In this document: one piece after another, positions 58,708 through 64,000 of the stretch
How the letters are laid out: each line of letters starts with the position of its first letter
Numbering within the stretch: the stretch's first letter is position 1
Origin: Deltaproteobacteria bacterium
Lineage (GTDB): Bacteria; Myxococcota_A; UBA9160; SMWR01
Direction of reading: 5' to 3'
Length of the DNA: 64,000 nt
NCBI GenBank assembly: GCA_032128115.1
Contig: JAQBHB010000047.1
Coordinates: forward strand, 1 to 64,000
Notes under the pieces: model-generated
What the model was told of the DNA's origin: nothing
Database searches by the model: none
What the model saw: only the letters and a program-made list of their open reading frames with translations
Program-made: the position numbers and the translations under genes

Positions 58708-59763
58708 TTGTCCTCCCCCCTCCACACCCCGCTCTGCGATCTGCTCGGCGCCCGCTACCCGATCCTCCAGACCGGGATGGGCTGGGTGGCCACCCCCGAG
58801 CTGGTGGCGGCCGCGTCCAACGCCGGAGCCTTCGGCTTCCTGGCAGCGGCGACGCTGCGTCCGGAAGACGTGGATGCGGAGATCGCAAGGATCCAGGCGC
58901 TCACCGACCGTCCCTTCGGTGTGAACTTCCTGATGGACGCCCCCGGTCCCGACGTGATCATCGACGCCATCATCGCGCGCGGCGTGCGCGCCGCGGGCTA
59001 CAACCGCGCGCCGGACGCCAGGCTCATCGAACGGCTCAAGCGTGCGGGCGTGCTATGCGTGCCCACCTGCGGCGCACCCCGTCACGCCCAGAAGGCCGAG
59101 AAGCTCGGCGCCGACGTGATCATCGTGCAGGGAAGCGAGGGTGGCGGCCACACCGGCTCGATCCCGACCTCGCTGCTGATCTCCCAATGCGTCGACGCGG
59201 TGGGCGTGCCCATCGTGGCAGCCGGCGGCTTCCGCGACGGGCGGGGTCTGGTGGCGGCCCTGGCATTCGGGGCGGCGGGCATCGCCATGGGAACCCGCTT
59301 CCTGCTCACCCGCGAGAGCCCCGTGCCCGAGATCACCAGCGATCGCTACCTGAAGGCTGCCGTCGACGACGTGATCGTGACCCGTCACATCGACGGCCTG
59401 CCCCAGCGTGTGGTGCGCAACGAGCTGGTGCTGCGCCTGGAGAAGAGCGGCCGCATCGCCCAGTTGTGGGGCGCCCTGCGCAGCGGGCTGGCCTATCGAA
59501 AACTCTCCGGGGCCTCGATTCCAGAGCTGCTGCGCTCGGCCTTCGCGCTCCGGAAGCACGAGAAACTCACCCGCTCGCAGATGCTGATGGCCGCCAACGC
59601 GCCGATCCTGGCCCGCAAGGCCATGCGGGAGGGAGACCCGGTGGAGGGATACCTTCCCAGCGGGTCCGTGGCGGGCGTGATCGACGACCGGCCCGCCTGC
59701 GCCGAGCTGATTGCGCGCATCGTCGAAGAGGCCGAGCACACTCTCAAGACCCTGGGCCGCTGA
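58708..59763 (+). CDS. ipdC: IpdC-like flavin TIM-barrel oxidoreductase (nitronate monooxygenase family)
   Basis: QTGMGWV, QGSEGGGHTG, AAGG..DGRG, MGTRF; follows ipdAB. Confidence 0.82.
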   Translation: MSSPLHTPLCDLLGARYPILQTGMGWVATPELVAAASNAGAFGFLAAATLRPEDVDAEIARIQALTDRPFGVNFLMDAPGPDVIIDAIIARGVRAAGYNRAPDARLIERLKRAGVLCVPTCGAPRHAQKAEKLGADVIIVQGSEGGGHTGSIPTSLLISQCVDAVGVPIVAAGGFRDGRGLVAALAFGAAGIAMGTRFLLTRESPVPEITSDRYLKAAVDDVIVTRHIDGLPQRVVRNELVLRLEKSGRIAQLWGALRSGLAYRKLSGASIPELLRSAFALRKHEKLTRSQMLMAANAPILARKAMREGDPVEGYLPSGSVAGVIDDRPACAELIARIVEEAEHTLKTLGR

Positions 59764-59781
59764 GCCCCGAGGAAGGAAACC

Positions 59782-60543
59782 ATGTCCGTGGATGTGAGCG
59801 TCGAGAAGGGAATCGCCGAGGTTGTCCTGAACCATCCGCCGGTGAACGCCCTCGACAGCGCCGGCTGGGCGCACCTGGCGGAGGTCTTCACGTCCCTCGG
59901 TCGAGACGATGCGGTGCGCGTGATCGTGGTGGCCGCCGAGGGCCGGGGCTTCTGCGCCGGGGTCGACATCAAGGAACTCGCCGCCGATAGCTCCATCATC
60001 ACCCGGGTGAACAAGGGCTGTTACGACACCTTCGCCGCCATCCACGACTGTCCGGTGCCCGTGATCGCAGCGGCCCACGGCTTCGTGCTGGGAGGCGGCA
60101 TCGGAATCGTGGGCTCCTCCGACGTGATCTACGCGTCCGACGACGCCAGCTTCGGTCTGCCGGAAATCGACCGCGGAGCGCTCGGTGCGGCGTCGCACCT
60201 GCTGCGCATGTTCCCCATCCAGAAGGTGCGCCGCATGCTCTACTCGGGAGAGCCCATCACGGCTGCCGAGGCCTACCGGCTGGGCGCCGTGGAGGCGGTG
60301 GTGTCGCGCGACGCGCTACGGGGCGAGGCCCGGGCGCTGGCCGCAAAGATCGCCGAGAAGAGCCCCAGGGCGATGAGGCTCGCCAAGGAGTCGCTCAACG
60401 GCATCGAGCTGCTGGACGTGAAGAAGAGCTACCGCTATGAGCAGGGTTTCACTCTCGAGCTCTACACCTCGCCCGATTCGCAGGAGGCCCGCGACGCCTT
60501 CGTCGAGAAGCGGGATGCGTCATTCCATGGCAAGAAGAAGTGA
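59782..60543 (+). CDS. echA20: Enoyl-CoA hydratase EchA20-like
   Basis: PPVNAL, AGVDIKE, PEIDRGALGAA, SYRYEQGFT. Confidence 0.85.
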   Translation: MSVDVSVEKGIAEVVLNHPPVNALDSAGWAHLAEVFTSLGRDDAVRVIVVAAEGRGFCAGVDIKELAADSSIITRVNKGCYDTFAAIHDCPVPVIAAAHGFVLGGGIGIVGSSDVIYASDDASFGLPEIDRGALGAASHLLRMFPIQKVRRMLYSGEPITAAEAYRLGAVEAVVSRDALRGEARALAAKIAEKSPRAMRLAKESLNGIELLDVKKSYRYEQGFTLELYTSPDSQEARDAFVEKRDASFHGKKK

Positions 60544-60556
60544 GGGGCCAGGGCTG

Positions 60557-61717
60557 ATGGATCTGTCGTACACCCCGGAGCAGCAGGCCTTCCGCGCCGA
60601 GGCGCGGACCTGGCTCGAGGCCCATGTGCCGAGCGAGCCGCTGCCCTCGTTCGACACGCGCGAGGGCTTCGAGGCCCACCGGCGCTGGGAGCGGGATCTG
60701 CATGCCGGCGGTTGGGCCATGGTGCCGTGGCCCGTCGAGTACGGCGGTCGCGGCGCGAACCTGCTCGAGTGGCTGATCTTCGAAGAGGAGTACTACCGGG
60801 CGGACGCGCCTGGACGCGTGAACCAGAACGGCATCTTCCTGCTGGGCCCCACCATCATGGAGTATGGGACGCACGAGCAGAAGGCGCGCTATCTGGCGAA
60901 GATCGCCTCCAGCGAGGAGGTCTGGGCCCAGGGCTGGTCCGAGCCCAACGCCGGCAGCGACATGGCGGCGATCCAGAGCACCGCCATCCGCGACGGCGAC
61001 CACTACGTGATCAAGGGTCAGAAGACCTGGGCCTCGCGCGGGGCCTACGCCGATTGGCTGTTCGGCATGTTCCGCACCGACCCGGACACGGAGCGACACC
61101 GGGGGCTCTCCTTCATCCTGGTTCCCCTGGACGCCGAGGGCGTGACCGTTCGTCCCATCGAACAACTCGACGGCGAGGCGGGCTTCGCCGAGGTGTTCCT
61201 GGATGACGCTCGCGTGCCCGTGGCCAACCGTCTGGGCGCGGAGAACGAGGGTTGGAAGATCGCCATGGCCACGGCGGGCTTCGAGCGGGGCCTGATGCTC
61301 CGAAGCCCGGCGCGCTTCCAGAGCACCGCTGCAAAACTGGTGGAGCTCTACCGCAAGCACGCGGACGCCTGTGAGCCGCGCATCCGCGAGGATGTGGTGC
61401 GGTGCTGGGCGGATGCCGAGGCCTACACGCTGGAGACCTACCGCACGGTGTCGCGCATGCTCTCCGGCGGCAAGATCGGCTTCGAGGCCAGCCTGAACAA
61501 GATCTTCTGGTCGGAGCTCGACGTGAAGATGCACGAAACGGCTCTCGAGATCCTGGGCGATCGCGCCGAGTTGTTGCCCCGGGCGCCGGCGGCAGGCGAC
61601 GTGGGCGAATGGCTCGACGGCTACCTCTTCTCGCTCTCGGGCCCCATCTACGCGGGCACCAACGAGATCCAGCGCAACGTGATTGCCGAGCGCATTCTCG
61701 GCCTGCCCCGGAGTTGA
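60557..61717 (+). CDS. fadE31: Acyl-CoA dehydrogenase FadE31-like
   Basis: SFDT.EGF..HRRWE, FEEEYYRA.AP.R, GPIYAGTNEIQRN. Confidence 0.8.
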   Translation: MDLSYTPEQQAFRAEARTWLEAHVPSEPLPSFDTREGFEAHRRWERDLHAGGWAMVPWPVEYGGRGANLLEWLIFEEEYYRADAPGRVNQNGIFLLGPTIMEYGTHEQKARYLAKIASSEEVWAQGWSEPNAGSDMAAIQSTAIRDGDHYVIKGQKTWASRGAYADWLFGMFRTDPDTERHRGLSFILVPLDAEGVTVRPIEQLDGEAGFAEVFLDDARVPVANRLGAENEGWKIAMATAGFERGLMLRSPARFQSTAAKLVELYRKHADACEPRIREDVVRCWADAEAYTLETYRTVSRMLSGGKIGFEASLNKIFWSELDVKMHETALEILGDRAELLPRAPAAGDVGEWLDGYLFSLSGPIYAGTNEIQRNVIAERILGLPRS

Positions 61718-61719
61718 CG

Positions 61720-62781
61720 GTGGAGTTCGGATTCAGCGAAGACCAGCTGCTGTTCCAGAAGTCGTTCCGCGACTTCCTGGAGGGCGAGTGTGCGCCCGAT
61801 CGCGTTCGCGCCCTGTGGCAGACGCAGACCGGGCGCTCGCCCGAGCTGTGGAAGGGGCTGGCCGAGCTGGGTGTGACCGGCCTGCTGGTGCCCGAGGCCC
61901 ACGAGGGTCTGGGGCTCACCGAGATCGATTCGGTGCTCCTGATGGAAGAGGTGGGGCGAGCGGGACTGGCGGAGCCCCTGGTGTCGACGGCCGCCGTGGC
62001 GGTTCCCCTGTTGGTGGAGATTGCCAAGGCCGACCTCTGCGACGCCTGGCTCAAAAAAGTAGCGGTCGGCGAGGCGGTGATCGCCGTGGGCCACCCGCTG
62101 AGCCCCTTCGTGTCGGACGCCCACGTGGCCAACCTGTTGTTGCTGGAATCGGGAGGGGAGGTTCACGCCGTGGGCCGGGACGCGGTGCAGATCGAAGCCC
62201 AACCCGCCAATGATCCGGCTCGCCGCATAGCTCGTGTCCAGTGGACCCCGTCGTCGGAAACGTGCGTGGCCGAGGGCGACGTGGCGGAGAGACTTCTCGA
62301 TGCCGCTCTCGATCGCGGTGCACTCGCCTGTGCTGCCCAGGCTCTGGGTGTCGCCGAGAAGCTCATCGAGATGGCGGCCGACTATGCGCGTCAGCGCAAG
62401 CAGTTCGGGGTGGCCATTGGCTCGTTTCAGGCAGTGAAGCACATGCTGGCGAACTGCAAGGTGAAGCTCGAGTACGCCCGCCCCGTCGTGCACCGGGCCG
62501 CCCATTCGGTGGCCCGGGGCAGCCGCGATCGCGCCCTCCACGTTTCCATGGCGAAGCTCGCCGCCAGCGAGGCCGCGTCCATTGCCGCCAGGGTGAGTCT
62601 CCAGGTGCACGGCGCGATCGGCTACACCTGGGAGCAGGACCTACACATCTGGATGCGACGCGCCTGGTCGCTGGGCATGACCTGGGGCCGCGGCGCCTTC
62701 CACCGCAAGCGCGTCGCCGACGCGATTTTCGCAGCCGACGCTCCCGTCGGCCCCGGCCGAACCTTCCCAGGAGGAGAGTGA
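61720..62781 (+). CDS. fadE32: Acyl-CoA dehydrogenase FadE32-like
   Basis: RKQFG..IGSFQAVKH, LQVHGAIGYTWEQDL; adjacent to fadE31-like gene. Confidence 0.78.
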   Translation: MEFGFSEDQLLFQKSFRDFLEGECAPDRVRALWQTQTGRSPELWKGLAELGVTGLLVPEAHEGLGLTEIDSVLLMEEVGRAGLAEPLVSTAAVAVPLLVEIAKADLCDAWLKKVAVGEAVIAVGHPLSPFVSDAHVANLLLLESGGEVHAVGRDAVQIEAQPANDPARRIARVQWTPSSETCVAEGDVAERLLDAALDRGALACAAQALGVAEKLIEMAADYARQRKQFGVAIGSFQAVKHMLANCKVKLEYARPVVHRAAHSVARGSRDRALHVSMAKLAASEAASIAARVSLQVHGAIGYTWEQDLHIWMRRAWSLGMTWGRGAFHRKRVADAIFAADAPVGPGRTFPGGE

Positions 62782-62782
62782 G

Positions 62783-63934
62783 ATGGCAGAGGCATACATC
62801 ATCGACGCAGTCCGGACGCCCGTGGGCAAGCGGGGAGGCGGCCTCTCGCAGGTCCACTCCGCCGATCTCGGTGCCCACGTCATCAACGCGCTGGTCGACC
62901 GCACCGGCATCGATCCGGGCGCCGTGGACGACGTGATCTTCGGATGCTGCGACACCCTGGGACCCCAGGCGGGTGACATCGCGCGCACCTGCTGGCTGGC
63001 GGCAGGCCTGCCCGATCACGTGCCCGGCGTCACCATCGACCGCCAGTGCGGATCGTCCCAGCAGTCGGTGCATTTCGCGGCCCAGGCCGTGATGAGTGGC
63101 ACCAGCGATCTGATCATGGCGGGCGGCGTGCAGAACATGAGCCAGATTCCGATCTCGTCGGCCATGACCCTGGCCGAGCCGCTGGGCTTCACCGATCCGT
63201 TCAGCGGCTCGAAGGGCTGGGTTGCGCGCTACGGGACCCAGGAGGTGTCGCAGTTCCGCGGTGCCGAGATGATCGCGGAGAAGTGGGACATCTCGCGGGA
63301 GGACATGGAGCGCTTCGCGCTTTCGAGCCACGAGCGGGCGATTCGCGCCATGGATGAGGGTCGCTTCGACAACGAGATCGTTCCCTTCGGCGATGTCGTC
63401 GCCGACGAGGGCCCCCGGCGCGGAACCTCGCTCGAAAAGATGGCGAACCTGAAGGTGCTGATCGAAGGCGGACGTCTCACCGCCGCCGTGGCCAGCCAGA
63501 TCTCGGACGGAGCGTCGTGCCTGCTGGTGGCCTCGGAGCGGGCGGTGGCGCAGCATGGCCTGAAGCCCCGGGCCCGGGTGCACCACATCAGCGTGCGCGG
63601 CGACGATCCCATCTTCATGCTGACGGCTCCGATCCCCGCCACGGCCCACGCGCTGGAGAAGACGGGCATGACGATGGACCAGTTCGACGCCATCGAGATC
63701 AACGAGGCCTTCGCTTGCGTGGTGCTGGCCTGGCAGAAGGAGGCCCACACCGACATGTCGAAGGTGAACCCCAACGGCGGCGCCATTGCCCTGGGCCATC
63801 CCATCGGCGCCACGGGCACACGCTTGATGACGACTTTGCTGAACGAGCTCGAGCGCACGGGCGGCCGCTTCGGCCTCCAGACCATGTGCGAGCGCGGCGG
63901 CCAGGCGAACGTCACGATCCTCGAACGGCTCTAG
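62783..63934 (+). CDS. fadA6: Acetyl-CoA C-acyltransferase FadA6-like
   Basis: DRQCGSSQQ, NEAF, GHPIG, CERGG. Confidence 0.85.
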   Translation: MAEAYIIDAVRTPVGKRGGGLSQVHSADLGAHVINALVDRTGIDPGAVDDVIFGCCDTLGPQAGDIARTCWLAAGLPDHVPGVTIDRQCGSSQQSVHFAAQAVMSGTSDLIMAGGVQNMSQIPISSAMTLAEPLGFTDPFSGSKGWVARYGTQEVSQFRGAEMIAEKWDISREDMERFALSSHERAIRAMDEGRFDNEIVPFGDVVADEGPRRGTSLEKMANLKVLIEGGRLTAAVASQISDGASCLLVASERAVAQHGLKPRARVHHISVRGDDPIFMLTAPIPATAHALEKTGMTMDQFDAIEINEAFACVVLAWQKEAHTDMSKVNPNGGAIALGHPIGATGTRLMTTLLNELERTGGRFGLQTMCERGGQANVTILERL

Positions 63935-63969
63935 CGGGAAGCTCCAGCGGCTCTAGCGGGAAGCTCTAG
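63926..63969. repeat. 22-bp tandem duplication (2 copies, 1 mismatch) spanning the fadA6 stop
   Basis: CGGCTCTAGCGGGAAGCTCCAG CGGCTCTAGCGGGAAGCTCTAG. Confidence 0.85.
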
Positions 63970-63988
63970 CAGCAGGGAAGTAGAAAGC

Positions 63989-64000
63989 ATGGCGGGAATC
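63989..64000 (+). CDS. Start of next gene (MAGI...), truncated by window edge
   Basis: ATG after a purine-rich tract downstream of fadA6; only 4 codons visible. Confidence 0.35.

Noticed and set aside
57918..59990. 690-aa Arg-rich alternative-frame ORF
   Set aside because: Off-frame reading of ipdB/ipdC/echA20 with GC-biased composition

Overview
High-GC bacterial window (roughly two-thirds G+C by eye) densely packed with about 70 genes for CoA-dependent lipid and steroid catabolism. The right end holds a steroid C/D-ring (HIP) degradation operon of the Mycobacterium type (ipdA-ipdB-ipdC-echA20-fadE31-fadE32-fadA6). Elsewhere are four thiolase-like/DUF35 OB-fold pairs, an acyl-CoA dehydrogenase/MaoC/CoA-transferase operon, three cytochrome P450s, two acyl-CoA ligases, two F420-type oxidoreductases, a DUF1214-sulfotransferase-TauD group, a fused indolepyruvate:ferredoxin oxidoreductase and two TetR regulators. 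Sigma54-type promoters, an IPTL-CTERM-like protein and a DUF3313 lipoprotein suggest a diderm, non-actinobacterial host (inference). Main non-coding signals: (i) a 17-bp palindrome CTAGACG-N3-CGTCTCG at four sites, three inside sigma70-like promoters, upstream of steroid-catabolic operons (candidate new regulon operator, unlike the KstR2 box); (ii) an exact KstR-type box; (iii) a second repeated palindrome; (iv) an in-frame TGA at a Cys-type position of an otherwise intact DUF35 gene; (v) several internally deleted gene remnants and many 12-22 bp tandem micro-duplications; (vi) many apparently leaderless genes. No rRNA, tRNA, CRISPR array or transposase was recognised. All family calls come from motif recognition by eye, not database searches.
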